DNA of 64,000 bases from Eledone cirrhosa (lineage: Eukaryota), in the NCBI GenBank assembly GCA_964016885.1, contig OZ024743.1:241986001-242050000 (forward strand), read 5' to 3'. The notes below the pieces were generated by a model, which worked only from the letters and a program-made list of their open reading frames with translations, searched no databases and was not told where the DNA came from. Shown here piece by piece: positions 12,001-26,070 of this stretch (the stretch's first letter is position 1; the number at the start of each line of letters is the position of its first letter). A program made the position numbers and the translations under genes.

Positions 12001-12004
<4 letters not shown>

Positions 12005-12828
12005 GGAAATCAGTAAAATCGAATCTCTGGCGGTTTGCAAGTAAATTCGGCCTACTTATATGAAATGATGAGTTTAGCAAAGCACTCGATAAGATAGGAC
12101 CTCAGAGTTTTAACATACGTTTAAATAGCTTGACAAATCGAACATTGTGGTAGGCGAAACTAACACACAATATATACCAAAGCAACGATAGAACTAATCA
12201 GGTTGAGAAAAGTACACCTGGACAAATCAAACGGATATACGTTTAAAGTGTTTCTCTGAATCCGAAATCAAATATCAGACTTACGTGAATGGCAAGCTCG
12301 TGGTATTGGTGACTGAACAGAGGACTCAGTTTATCAACAGGTTTTCGTTCTGCTTAAAACCAGAGTGATAAATAATATGTTGGCGCTCGGATGGCTGCTA
12401 ATCGTATCTTTAGTTATCACGTATTAATTCCGGCAAGGGAAATAACCACCGGTTTTTGGCGGGTCATTCAAATGCTAGCGAATGGAAATATTTTAATTTC
12501 CGCTAATCATCATGATAAGCTCTCGGCTAGATGTTATAAAACTAACACAAATAATTAACCAATCAACAGAATTGTCCAATTAAATTAATTAATTAATTAT
12601 TAAATCTAGAAGTTAATATAATTGGAAATCAGTAAAATCGAATCTCTGGCGGTTTGCAAGTAAATTCGGCCTACTTATATGAAATGATGAGTTTAGCAAA
12701 GCACTAGATAAGATAGGGCCTCAGAGTTATAACATACATTTAAATAGTTTGACAATTCGAACATTGTGGTAGGCGAAACTAACACACAATATATACCAAA
12801 GCAACGATAGAACTAATCAGGTTGAGAA
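12001..12828. mobile_element. Non-coding partial-tandem insert (619-bp unit, ~209-bp terminal redundancy) between (TA)n tracts
   Basis: 12001-12209 is repeated at 12620-12828; related in reverse orientation to 61615-62774. Confidence 0.75.
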
Positions 12829-12852
12829 TATATATATATGTATGTATGTATC

Positions 12853-12923
<71 letters not shown>

Positions 12924-12930
<7 letters not shown>

Positions 12931-13357
12931 TAAGAGGAATTCCAACTTTGTTTGATTTACTCGTTTTATTTACAATCCTTTAAAATATATAATGGTATTA
13001 TAATGAAATAGTATGATAGAATATTAAATTCTAAGTGTTAATTGAACAAGTACTTTCATGCTTTCGCAATCTTCAGGTTCATAATATGTGGTGACAGTCG
13101 AGTTTGCAATTTTCAACACAGTTGAAAATTGCAAACTCGACTGTCACCACATATTATGAACCTGAAGATTGCGAAAGCATGAAAGTACTTGTTCAATTAA
13201 CACTTAGAATTTAATATTCTATCATACTATTTCATTATAATACCATTATATATTTTTTTTAAAGGATTGTAAATAAAACGAGTAAATCAGACAAAGTTGG
13301 AATTCCTCTTATTAATATAATCTTCTATACACAATCATACACACCCGTGTATATTTA

Positions 13358-13360
<3 letters not shown>
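12924..13360. mobile_element. Fold-back element (~195-bp arms, 3-nt loop at 13118-13120) carrying hammerheads, in (TA)n
   Basis: Near-identical inverted arms plus ~40-bp unique tail; (TA)n on both sides. Confidence 0.8.
13157..13195 (+). ncRNA. Minimal type I hammerhead ribozyme (mirror copy 13043-13081, minus)
   Basis: TGAAC-CTGAAGA-T TGC GAAA GCA T-GAAA-GTAC-TT-GTTCA: stem I 5 bp, GNRA-capped stem II, palindromic AGTACT stem III. Confidence 0.85.
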
Positions 13361-13416
<56 letters not shown>

Positions 13417-13688
13417 CGGTTTCCTAAATATAATTTTAGTCTATGACTTCAGTTATACCATAAACATAGTTTTGTCTTTGCGTGTAATTGTTCTCAGCGC
13501 TCCACATAATGACGTATTATCTTCGTTTTTTTTTTCGTTCTTTGCCAGGGAACGTTTTCCACGAACCAAAGTATCGTTTTTCTAAATATTTACTTCTGCG
13601 TTCACAGATTGATTTTTTTTTAGTTTCAGAAGATCCCGTTAAGGGAGAAAGCAGCGATTCTTTGCTTAAACTTTAATCTGTTATTTCA

Positions 13689-13768
<80 letters not shown>

Positions 13769-13771
<3 letters not shown>

Positions 13772-13933
13772 GGAAAATGTTTAACCCCGACGACAGAGCT
13801 CAAGCCGTTTCGACGGCATGAGCTCTGCCATCGGGGTTAAACATTTTCCTATTACCCACTCTACACCCTAAGTATTGAGTACTCTGGTGCGTTATGGTCC
13901 ATCTGGTTCCTTTCCACAATTCCTTCTTTATAT
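13769..13933. mobile_element. Short fold-back element; family also at 13935-14000, 18492-18545, 19529-19670, 26985-27092
   Basis: Shared GGAA(A/C)A...ACCCCGACGGC.GAGCTC motif. The copies at 13769, 19529 and 26985 share the terminus CCACAATTCCTTC(G/T)TTA (diverged at 26985) next to (TA)n. 3' half of a hammerhead at 13785-13817 (minus). Confidence 0.75.
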
Positions 13934-14160
13934 ATGAAAAGATTCAGAACCCCGACAGCTGAGCTCGCTCCGAACATTCGACAGCTAGATCCGAATTCAC
14001 ACACACATACACACATACACACACCATCGCGCGCGCGCGTGCACATACATGTGTGTGTGTGTGCATGTGTATATGCATGTGTGTGTCTGTATGTATGTGG
14101 GTATGTGTGTATATAGGTGTGGTTGTGTGTGTGTATACTTTTGTATATATATATGTGTGT

Positions 14161-14242
<82 letters not shown>

Positions 14243-14390
14243 TTTTATAGGTTTTACTTTTACTGTTTATCCTTTATCTGCACTGCTATTAATCTATATC
14301 TTCTATATATTGGATATTGTTTTTCATTTATTACTGTATGTTATCTTTATTTTATTATATATCTTTTTACATACCCACTGCTTCTATCTC

Positions 14391-14510
14391 ACTGAGTTCA
14401 AATCCCGCCGAGGTAACTTTGCGTTTCGTCCTTACGGGGTCGATAACATAAAGTACCAGTAATGATCTGAGATAATTGCTGGCCTTGTGCCAAAAGTAGA
14501 AACAATTATT
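14391..14510 (+). mobile_element. tRNA-derived SINE, 5'-truncated
   Basis: B-box GAGTTCAAATCC, core GCCGAGGTAACTTTGC...GGGGTCGATAA...AAGTACCAGT, tail GGCCTTGTGCCAAAAGTAGAAACAATTATT. Confidence 0.85.
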
Positions 14511-14874
14511 ATATGTCCGTAATATCTTTTTATTTATTTTCTCATCGGCTCTGTATCTTAGTAAGGTTTGTTTGCTATGTTGTACCTTTATAGTTTCACC
14601 TCTTTATATTTCTTTACCCTTATCTCCTTACTGCTTATTTCAAACCAGCGGACGTCAGGCAGACGGGTTGACACGCATGGATACGTACGATAACTTGACT
14701 ACAAATGGTGATGAGAAGCGCTAAATTATATGAAGTCCCCAACTGTGATCTGACCAAAAACAAACTACCAATTGGAATACGGTGACATACTCCTATGACA
14801 GAATTTGTGGTAGCATATAAGAAGGAATCGGGATAATATTCAACCACTCTTAGACGCGAGTTTACATGTTAAAA

Positions 14875-14968
14875 CATATCTGAGGAGTTTCCGATTCCAG
14901 AGCCAGGTTCGATCATTTATAAATGTTCCCCGAGCTGATCGACAATGAAACATATGTAATTAAATATG
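14875..14968 (+). ncRNA. Candidate type I hammerhead with long stem II
   Basis: CATAT-CTGAGGA-...-GAAA-CATATG-TA-AT; palindromic stem III, but stems I and II imperfect. Confidence 0.5.
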
Positions 14969-15011
14969 TATATGATGCAACACTGATTCTTTGTTCTTCC
15001 TTATATATTAA

Positions 15012-15945
<934 letters not shown>

Positions 15946-16075
15946 AATGTATACATACAGGGTGAGTAACAGAGGCTGACCAACTTGTATAATTATATAC
16001 ACATATCTAATATGTAGACATGGAAACATGCCAGAAAATACGAATTTCCCTGAAGATTAAAATGAGGATAAACAT

Positions 16076-16118
16076 TTTTAATCGATTTTCGGATCAATTT
16101 GGATCCTCCTCAGAAGAG
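16076..16118 (-). ncRNA. Minimal type I hammerhead ribozyme (decayed mirror copy 16577-16617, plus)
   Basis: Minus strand CTT-CTGAGGA-GGATC CAAATT GATCC-GAAA-ATCGAT-TA-AAA. Mirror arm reads CTT-GTGATGA...GAAA-ATCGAT-TA-AAG and restores stem I. Confidence 0.8.
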
Positions 16119-16224
16119 GTATATATTGTCCAATCATCCACAAGGAAACATATATTTGATGGCTATATATACCAATTTACTCTTAGTATTATTCTGAAAT
16201 GGACATTCTAATTTATATATAATT

Positions 16225-16409
16225 GTTTCTACTTTAGGCACAAGGCCAGCAATTAACCAGTTCATTACTTGTACTTTATTTTATCGACCCCGTAAGGATG
16301 AAAGGCAAAGTCAACCTCGGCGGAATTTGAACTCAGATCGGAAAGGGACGTAACTATGCAGGAAAGCATGGCGTCCGACCCTCTACCGATACTGCCAATC
16401 CACCGCCCT
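16225..16409 (-). mobile_element. tRNA-derived SINE, full length, with 16-bp TSD
   Basis: A-box TGGCAGTATCGG, B-box GAGTTCAAATTCC; TAATTTATATATAATT duplicated at 16209-16224 and 16410-16425. Confidence 0.9.
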
Positions 16410-16794
16410 TAATTTATATATAATTAACGCTCATGTTGTAATTAATTAAAATATATATTATACCAGCATGAGAGCTTATATATGCAAATAGCACGTCCAT
16501 TTCAGAATAATAACAGCGAATATGAACATATACGCTCAGATATGTTTCCTTGTGATTGATTGGATGATATACACTACTTGTGATGAGGGTCCAATTAGAT
16601 ACGAAAATCGATTAAAGATCTTTTGTTTCAACTGACAGGGAAATTAATATTTTTTGCCATGTTTAAATGCCTACATATATATTACGTTGGTGTAATCTCC
16701 GTTACACACTGTGTATATATATAGACACAACACTATCTTACACTTCGGCTGCTAACGCATTTCTTAAAACATACATACATCCATACATACATGT

Positions 16795-17085
16795 TGATGG
16801 CTGCAAACTCTGTTAAGAATATTGCAATCGCTTGTCAGATTATAGAGTTTGGTGCACTTTTAGGCTACGGCCAGCCATACGAACCTGTAACATATCCTGA
16901 ACAAGCAATGCCTCTGCTTTGAAGGTTTTTTTAAGTAGGGACAAATCTAACTCTCTGAGCATCGAAAACACTACATGAAAGGGAGTACTGGTCAACATTA
17001 TCGGATGCTTCCGAAGCCGCATGGTTTTTTTCAGTTTCCCTTTCCTAGAAAGGTGTTGTGACAACTGGGGGCCTTTCATTCCCAG
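16795..17085 (-). mobile_element. Degenerate bipartite RTE-like non-autonomous element
   Basis: GATGGCTGC terminus next to (CATA)n, and a CTAGGAAAGGGAAACTG motif like copies at 51118, 51522 and 56291. Confidence 0.5.
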
Positions 17086-17117
17086 ATTTAAAAAAAACTA
17101 TATATATATATATATAT

Positions 17118-17490
17118 AATTGTATATATGAGAGGGATGAACACAGATATAACTATACATGTGTTCCAATTGCAAATGACCAAGTTAACTAGGTTGAAAA
17201 ATACTAATTTAAAACAATATGGTTTGCCTGGTTCGATTTAACATAATAAATCAATAAAAATAACAAACCTATATCAGGCAAATAGCCTATGATACCCGGA
17301 CAGACATAAATCTGTTTAGGCTATTCGCCTGATATAGGTTTGTAATTTTATTGATTTATTATGTTAAATCGAGACAGGCAAACCATATTGCTATAAATTA
17401 GTATTTTTCAACCTAGCTAACTTGGTCATTTGCAATTGGAACACATGTATATTTGTATCTGTGTTCAACCATCTCATATATCCAATTGTA
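17118..17490. repeat. Inverted-repeat element (~170-bp arms) between (TA)n tracts
   Basis: 17118-17288 vs 17317-17490 are reverse complements with scattered mismatches; no intact hammerhead core seen. Confidence 0.85.
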
Positions 17491-17586
17491 TTACACAGCT
17501 CGGAAAGATTCCCTTCTTTGAGGTATTTAATTGTAAAAGACTATTTTGAGTTTCTAACTCAATCTATGATATATATATATATATAT

Positions 17587-18470
17587 AATATATTTAGAAA
17601 CACACAGATACATGCGGACACACACATATACATGAATGCATCCACACCCAACCGTGAGTTAAGGGTGCCAACCTCACCGATGTTGCTCAATGAATGACTG
17701 GGACAGACCAATCCGGTTGAACAAGACTGAACCAGTATCAGAGTTAAAAATACATTATGAAGAGAGAAGAAACATTTAGATATAATAAGTAATAAAATGT
17801 ATCATACCTAAAGTGCTCCTAGATTCCTCGACTACGTAGTTTCGTCGCATAAACAAAAACAATACATCATAAAGATATAGAGTCCCTGCGAGGTCTGCCG
17901 ACTTATCAAGAGGATACCTCATTTTACTAGTCTCAAGAACGCGTCTACACGATGTGAGAAAGAATCCCAAAAGGCGGAGGGGGAGATAGTCACGCGATAT
18001 AACGGTCGAGAAACAGAGCTAAGCCTCTTATAACCCCGAAGAAAATACCACAGAGGAGGAGGGGGTATTTATATCGAAGCCGTAGAAGAGGTGGTGAAGG
18101 AGGCGAGAAGTATGAGTAATGGCAGCTTTGCAGCAGTCACCACACTTCAAAGATTACTCAACCAGAGGGAGTTATTAACAATATATTTAGAAACACACAG
18201 ATACATGCGGACACACACATATACATGAATGCATCCACACCCAAACGTGAGTTAAGGGTGCCAACCTCACCGATGTTGCTCAATGAATGACTGGGACAGA
18301 CCAATCCGGTTGAACAAGACTGAACCAGTATCAGAGTTAAAAATACATTATGAAGAGAGAAGAAACATTTAGATATAATAAGTAATAAAATGTATCATAC
18401 CTAAAGTACTCCTAGATTCCTCGACTACGTAGTTTCGTGGCATAAACAAAAACAATACATCATAAAGATA
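17587..18470 (-). mobile_element. Partial-tandem element (593-bp unit, ~290-bp redundancy) with a decayed hammerhead in each repeat
   Basis: 17587-17878 repeated at 18180-18470. Minus strand TCTTT-ATGATGT-...GCGAC-GAAA-CTACGTAG-TC-GAGGA at 17825-17875, with a near-identical copy at 18418-18468. Confidence 0.72.
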
Positions 18471-18554
18471 TATATATATATATATATATATATAGGAACA
18501 AGTAAGACACCGACCTCAATTTTAAGCTACTAGCAGTCGACTATATATATATAT

Positions 18555-19016
18555 ATCTGTTTCTCTCACCTTCTTTCGCCCCCTCTATCAGTTACACTTT
18601 CTCTCGACTGACCTCTTCCTCACACTTCCACTCACTCACTCTCTGTTTCTCCCCTTCTCACTTGCTCCCGTTTGGCTTGTGTGGGTCTCTTCTTGCTCAC
18701 ATCTCACACACATCAACACGGTCTGTACCTCTCTCGCACATGAAATCCACCCAGCTTATGCTGACCAGACAACCATGTTGCTTGTTTATTTTCCTATCTT
18801 CGGTTTGCTTTTATCCTTCTATGTTGTTTACTTGTCCCCCTCGCCTTACGCGAATTCTGGTCCCAATAACTTTTTTTAGTTATTGCTCGCACCAACCTGA
18901 TGTATCTGATTTTTAATGCGATGAAATACCAATGATGGTTGGAAAATCACTGACGAAGGACTATTTTTATCATATGTAACCCATGTGCAAACCACGCACT
19001 ATTCTTCTTTCTTCTC

Positions 19017-19022
<6 letters not shown>
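18555..19022. mobile_element. Dispersed non-coding repeat in (TA)n, same family as 60798-61597
   Basis: Shared TTGCTCGCACCAACC...GAAATACC...GATGGTTGGAA.ATCACTGACGAAGGAC and CCTCTTCCTCAC...ACTCACTCTCTGTT. Confidence 0.7.
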
Positions 19023-19069
<47 letters not shown>

Positions 19070-19341
19070 AAATCACTGATTTGTCGAGCAAACCTGCCAA
19101 AACCACTTCTAAATTTTTTGGGGGTGTTAGTAGGCGTCTGTCATCTTACCATCCCATTCCTACTGACTAGCCTCTGTGTCACGTGATTGATTCTTTAGAA
19201 TCGGCCATATGATCAGTGGCAGTGAGAATTTTCAGTACCTGGAATCCAGTCCTCGATAGCTGTCCCATCTACCGAATTATTATTATTTTTATATGAGTCC
19301 CCAGTGTCCGCGCATTGCCTGGAGACTTGGCTGAGAATGAT

Positions 19342-19421
19342 CTCCCTGATGACGCAATGAAATTCTCAACAGTCCATTACGTAACTGTCTTTATCCCATT
19401 GCAGAAACTAATTAGTTGGAG
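19342..19421 (+). ncRNA. Type I hammerhead ribozyme with extended stem II, inside a (TA)n-flanked insert (19067-19490)
   Basis: CTCC-CTGATGA-C GCAATG [37 nt] CATTGC A-GAAA-CTAATTAG-TT-GGAG: perfect stem I, 6-bp stem II, palindromic stem III. Confidence 0.85.
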
Positions 19422-19484
19422 TGAAAATTTAAGTAAGTAAGTTAATTTTTTCTTTATTTTTTTTTTAAATTTTCTTATTTTACG

Positions 19485-19533
<49 letters not shown>

Positions 19534-19667
19534 AACAAGTAAGACCCCGACGGCTTGAGCTCTGCCGTCGGGGTCTTACTTGTTCCTATTAACCACTCTA
19601 CTACCCTAAGTATTGAGTACTTTGGTGCGTTATTGTGTCCATCTGGTTACTTACCACAATTCCTTCG

Positions 19668-19715
<48 letters not shown>

Positions 19716-20211
19716 GAATAATCGAGTATCGAAAAATCGGCGCACGAGTTCACGATAAACAAAATTCGACATGAGTGGCAGAGGGCTCAATAATTCAGAT
19801 AAATCAGAGCTATAACTATCGTTAAAATACCAACACACATAGATTATGTCTAAAATCAACCATACGACCGAAAAATTACGATCAGGAAGATTCGGGTCAC
19901 TCAGATAAAATATCAATAAATCAATAAATCATGTGAATGTAAAAAGCTTACCCGGACCCACTAGAAAGATGGTAAATCTAGCTTCTTGGGTTTCTGTAAA
20001 TCCTTAAGCCGCCCACTATCAGCCCACATAAAAATATATAAGACTTCTAGAGAGCGGCGGACAGGAAATACTTTATCAACGAGCTTTGTCCAGACGAATA
20101 AAAAAGCCAACCCTAGCTGAAAACGCACATGGAATCCAGCAAGGGAGATAACCTCTATATCCGCGAAAAATATTCGGGAATGTGGAAAATCACATATATA
20201 TATATATACTA

Positions 20212-20400
20212 TTTGGATGGCTGTTGACTGCCGAGTTCCTCCGTCCTTTGCCAGGTCTTGTATTTCACCCCGTAGGGTGTCCAGATATCACCTTCCTCAC
20301 CAAGCTAGCTTGGTGGGGTTGCCGGTTTAGTCACTGTCGACATGACCCTGCAACAGGTTATATTGGGTTACATGTTACCGGTAGCACTCGACAGCGACCA
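20212..20400 (-). mobile_element. 5' portion of an RTE-like non-autonomous element
   Basis: Homologous to 56730-56897 (CTTGGTGGGGTTGCC.GTTTAGTC, TACATGTTACC.GTAGCAC); adjacent to (CATA)n. Confidence 0.6.
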
Positions 20401-20780
20401 TCCATACATACATACATAATACATGCATACATACACACACATGCATATGTACGAATATTAATATATATATAGTTGCAGAAGATAAGGTGCTTACACGTGG
20501 ATGTTAGCCTGTGACTTCGTGAGCATAAGCCGGTTCAAGCGATACAAATACACTTCAAGTCAGAAGGTTATAGCAGCTAATAGTTGGTGATTTTAATTAA
20601 TATATATATATATAGGCCTGGGGAGGTATGGGTTTCGCCAGGCTTAAAAATGTCCCCAAGTAACGCCGTATGTCAATACGGCGCCCCTACGATTCTATCA
20701 GGAGTTACGCGACCATACATACATACACGCGCACACACACACACGCACACACATACACGCGCACACACATGCGTATCTCT

Positions 20781-20852
<72 letters not shown>

Positions 20853-21581
20853 ATATATTTATACATATATTTATATACATACAATTATATATATGTGTGT
20901 GTATGTGTGTATATATGTATGTATGTATGTATAGTATGGTAAGGCCGGCTAATTTTCTGTCATGTGACAAACAACTAATTTTAGAACGGATCTGTGACGT
21001 TGTATGTACAGCAACCAACCAACAGCCAGCTACCACTCTCCTCTACGTCATATATCTACTACAGAACGACTCATACACACTTTAATACACACAGTCATAT
21101 ATACAAATATACATATGTATATATGCATACATACATATACACATACATATGTATGCAAATAGAGACATAGATACATACATACATACATGCATACATATAT
21201 ACATACATATGTATGCACATACATACAGCTAGACAGACATGTATATACATACATACTTGCATATATACTTATGTACATACACTTATTTATATATATATAT
21301 ATATATATACGTACAAACCTATATACACTTATTCATACATATATACAAACATACACGTGTACATACATACATAACTACATTCATACATACATAAATATAT
21401 ACATTAATACATCCAAACATACATAAACAATTACGTACATACATACAAACATACATATATCTATACACACATACATACATACACACATACATACATATAT
21501 ACATACATACATGCACATACATATATACATACATACATACATACGCACACACATACATACATACATACATACATACATACA

Positions 21582-21615
<34 letters not shown>

Positions 21616-21625
21616 CATACATACA

Positions 21626-21659
<34 letters not shown>

Positions 21660-21750
21660 CATAGGCAGCTGACTACAACTCCCACACATCTGGCTTCACT
21701 GCCGACCAAAAATACATAACACAACCAACAACACTGTCGTTGGGAAATAC

Positions 21751-22650
21751 TACCACCACTACACTACCACCACTACACTACCACCACTACACTACCACCA
21801 CTACACTATCACCACTATACTACCACCATTACACTACCACCACTGCACCACCACCACTACACTACCACCACTACACTACCACCAATACACTACCACCACT
21901 ACACTACCACCACTAGAATACCACCACTACACTACCACCAAAACACTACAACCGCTACACTACTACCACTACACTACCACCAATACACTACCACCACTAC
22001 ACTATCACCACTACACTACCACCACTACACTACCACCAATATACTACTACCACTACACTATCACCACTACACTACCACCACTACGCTACAACCACTACAC
22101 TACCACGAATACACTACCACTACTACACTACCATCACTACACTACCACCACTACACTACCACCACTACCTCCACCACACTACCACCATTATACTACCACC
22201 ACTACACTACCACCACTACACTACCACCACTACACAACCACCACTACACTAGCACCACTACCTCCACTACATTACCACCACTACACTATCACCACTACAC
22301 TACCACCACTACACTACCACCACTAGAATACCACCACTACACTACCACTACTACACTACCACCACTATACTACCACCACTACACTACCACAACTACACTA
22401 CCACAACTACCTCCACTACACTACCACCACTATACTACAACCACTACACTACTGCAACTACACTACCACCACTACACTACCACCAATACACTACCACCAC
22501 TACACTACCACCACTACACTACCACCACTACGACCACCACTACACTACCACCACTACACTAGCACGACTACACTACCACCACTACACTACCACCACTATA
22601 CTACCACCACTATACTACCTCCCACTAGAATACCACGACTACACTACCAC
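21751..22650 (+). repeat. 14-bp minisatellite (TACCACCACTACAC)n
   Basis: Direct reading; about 60 units by length. Confidence 0.95.
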
Positions 22651-23392
22651 CACTACCACCACCGTAACAACAACCACCACTACCACCACCACCACCACCA
22701 ACACCTCCCTACAACCATAACAACACCCACAACCACCACCACCACCACCACCACTACCACTACACCCCTCCACTCCCTCTCACCACCCCCACCACCACCA
22801 CCACCGCTACGCCCCTCCACCCCCTCTCACCTTCCCCTCTCACCACCACCACTACACCCCTCCACCCCCTCTCACCACCACCACCACCGCTACTCCCCTC
22901 CACCCCCTCTCACCTTCCTCTCTCACCACCACCACCACCACCACTACGCCCCATCCACCCCCTCTCACCATCACCACCACCACCACCACTACGCCCCATC
23001 CACCCCCTCTCACCACCACCACCACCACCACCATTACGCCCCTCCACCCCCTCTCACCATCACCACCACCACCACTACGCCCCTCCATCCCCTCTCACCA
23101 CCACCACCACCACCACCACTACGCCTCTCCACCCCCTATCATCACCCCTCTCACCACCACCACCACCAACGCCACCACCGCCACTACGCCCCTCCACCCC
23201 CTCTCACCATCACCACCACCACCACCACCACCACCACTAGGCCTCTCCACCCCCCTCTCATCACCACCACCACCACCACCACCACCACCACCACCACCAC
23301 CACTACGCCCCTCCACCCCCTCTCACCACCACCACCACCACTACGCCCCTCCACCCTCCACCCAGTCTCACCACCACCACCACCACCACCCT
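22651..23392 (+). repeat. C-rich compound minisatellite [(CAC)n TACGCCCCTCCACCCCCTCT]n
   Basis: Direct reading. Confidence 0.9.
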
Positions 23393-23577
23393 ATACATTC
23401 ATCACACGTCTATTAATTCTTATTTACTGTCAAATAATAAAAAGGAGAAAAAATACAATCGTAGCTAGATGACAGCAATAATTGATCATATTAATTGAAC
23501 AAACCCCCCTCTCTCACTACCTCCTCTGCCTCTCTCTCCTCCTCCAACTTCACCCTTCTTTCTCCCCCTCTCCTTCC

Positions 23578-23777
23578 NNNNNNNNNNNNNNNNNNNNNNN
23601 NNNNNNNNNNNNNNNNNNNNNNNNNNNNNNNNNNNNNNNNNNNNNNNNNNNNNNNNNNNNNNNNNNNNNNNNNNNNNNNNNNNNNNNNNNNNNNNNNNNN
23701 NNNNNNNNNNNNNNNNNNNNNNNNNNNNNNNNNNNNNNNNNNNNNNNNNNNNNNNNNNNNNNNNNNNNNNNNNNNNN
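23578..23777. other. Assembly gap (200 N)
   Basis: Run of N. Confidence 1.
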
Positions 23778-24371
23778 CTCCTCCTCCACCACATCTTTCT
23801 ACCATTCCCCTTCCTCCGACCCCACTTCTTTCTCCTCCTCTTCGTCCTCCTTATACACCCCTCATCTACTCCCCCCCTCTCTATCTATACCACTTCCTTA
23901 CAATGTGTCATACGGTGTGGTCGGTCCATGTTGTTATTAGTTACCTCAGTAGACATCAAGTTCACAAAGTCGTTAAAACTAGCAAAAATGCCTTTTTTCA
24001 GGCTCTGTGTGTTTTCAGTTCAAATACCGCTGAGATCGACGTTGCCTTTCATTCTTTTGAGATCCATTAAATAAGTAACCTCCAGGATGGCTGATTGGCG
24101 GAATTGTTAAGACCCTTGATACCATATGGAGATTCATAATCATTAGTGGTCTGATCAATAAAATAGAATCACCAAAAATGTTATTCTTGTCATATATATA
24201 TAACAGCCAATCAACAAGATGTCAGACCTGATTCGCTTAACGAGTCAAATCAGACCAAGAAAGCAAAGTTGCAGCTCGTGCTTAAACCTTCTGACAGTGG
24301 AAAATGCTTTTCTTTATCAACAAATACTATGAAACTACGACTTTCTTGAAAATCCAACTAATATCATGTAT

Positions 24372-24404
<33 letters not shown>

Positions 24405-25882
24405 ACGTAAACAGAAAATTACATAAGTGATAATGTTATGTTGTGGCGAATAGCTAAGTTAAATAACTGTCTAAATCAGCAAGAAAACTATTCCCTTTCT
24501 GTTATTGACAGTGTGAAGATACAACCTATTGTTTTAATATTGCAAAGATTTCATAATTGACGAAGCAGCACTCTGGGTAAATAACAGTGAAAGATAATTT
24601 CTACCTTAACTACATTGCCGAGAGAAGCAACTCAGAAACTAAATAACTGTATGGCTATATATACAACAATGTATATTATTAGACAATATTAATCTTATCG
24701 TATTTCACATTTGTCTACATACTACGATTTGATTATGTCTTTAATAACTATAGACTTAAGCAGTATATAAAACCTATAAGCGTTCTTTATACAAACGACA
24801 GGCTTTATCTGTTATATGTTTACTGAGTGGCGCAAGGTAATATAATGTCTCCGATACTAGTAATCAAGATGAAGTGAAGGACGGAAACTACGAATGTTAA
24901 GATGCCAGTGTAAGAAATGTCACATTTAGAATAGATTATGTTAATTCTTGCAACACAGTGAACTCCAATAATGGCATCCACTGCTTAAGTGCTTATGTAC
25001 GAGAAAACTGATTAATATAATCAACTAATAATAAATACGTGTTTTTACTTAATTTCGTTGACCCTGATTTACTCACAGCGCCTGCATCGGCTCAAAGACA
25101 CTTACCTGGGAACGGCAGAATGGAATCGTATCCAGAACCACACAACATGCGTTTTCCTTTTATTTGTGCTTCTTGACAATCCACAGTGAAGAGCAACTGT
25201 TTTGAAAGCCTGTTGTCTTCCATACTTAGTCATCGTTTATATATGATTTATCTCAAAACTATCGCAGAAGACACTTGCTCCAATAACCAAAGTAGAATCG
25301 AACCTACAAACACAGAATAAATTACGAAGCTAGATTTCTAACCATGCCGTCATGGTCATCACGCGCCTTGTATAAAGAGAAATCTTACGAAGTTCAATGG
25401 TTTCATATTATGTTTTATAAATAGGCGGTCGATTTGGTAGAGTCATCAGCTTGTTCTGATTCGTTAGAGCTCATCTGATTCTTTGTGTTCTGAGATTAAT
25501 TACTGTTGAGTTTCACTTTGCCTTTTATTTTTTCGAGGCCGATAAATAAAGTACCAGTACTGATGCAGCTCTCTCCTTTCAGCTGTCACATCCTTAAAGT
25601 TTTGCAGGATCAAATGAGAGAGGGCCGAGATGGTTTCTATATGGTCTGGTGACTGCATGAAGTCCCTAAAACCCTTATTGAAAGCATGGTACATAGTTTT
25701 TATTTTATAAACACTATTATATAGCGGTATTTTTCAATTACCAATTCTTACTTTTATTTTCACCGTGAAATAAAAGATCCAGCCACAGTGTGTATGAGAC
25801 AGCTTCAGATGTCGTAATACAAGTCACCCTGGAAACGGCAACGAGAAAAACCTAATAATAATAAATGAAGACTCAGTTTGAA

Positions 25883-26070
25883 TGGTGAATTGGCATTATC
25901 GGTAGAAGGTCGGACGCCATGCTTTCCAGCATAGTTACGTCCCTTTACGGTCTGAGTTCAAATCCCGTCGAAGTTAACTTTGCCTTTCATCTTTACCGAG
26001 TCGATAAAATAAAGTACCAGTAATGAACTGGATAATTACTGGCCTTGTGCCAAAAGTAGAAACAATTATT
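25883..26070 (+). mobile_element. tRNA-derived SINE
   Basis: A-box TGGCATTATCGG, B-box GAGTTCAAATCC, same core and tail as the other copies. Confidence 0.88.

Larger units (their letters stand above)
15951..16720. mobile_element. Old, diverged inverted-repeat element with a hammerhead in each arm, interrupted by a SINE
   Basis: Arms at ~15951-16170 and ~16530-16720 are diverged reverse complements. Confidence 0.75.

Noticed and set aside
18890-18945. CTGATGT...GAAA hammerhead-like string
   Set aside because: Homologous copies (60910, 61545) lack the core, and the region folds as a simple hairpin.
23482-24070. ORFs spanning the N run
   Set aside because: Gap artefacts.
25570-25695. Possible host exon after a pyrimidine tract and CAG
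   Set aside because: Stops in all three frames within ~70 nt; no recognisable protein.
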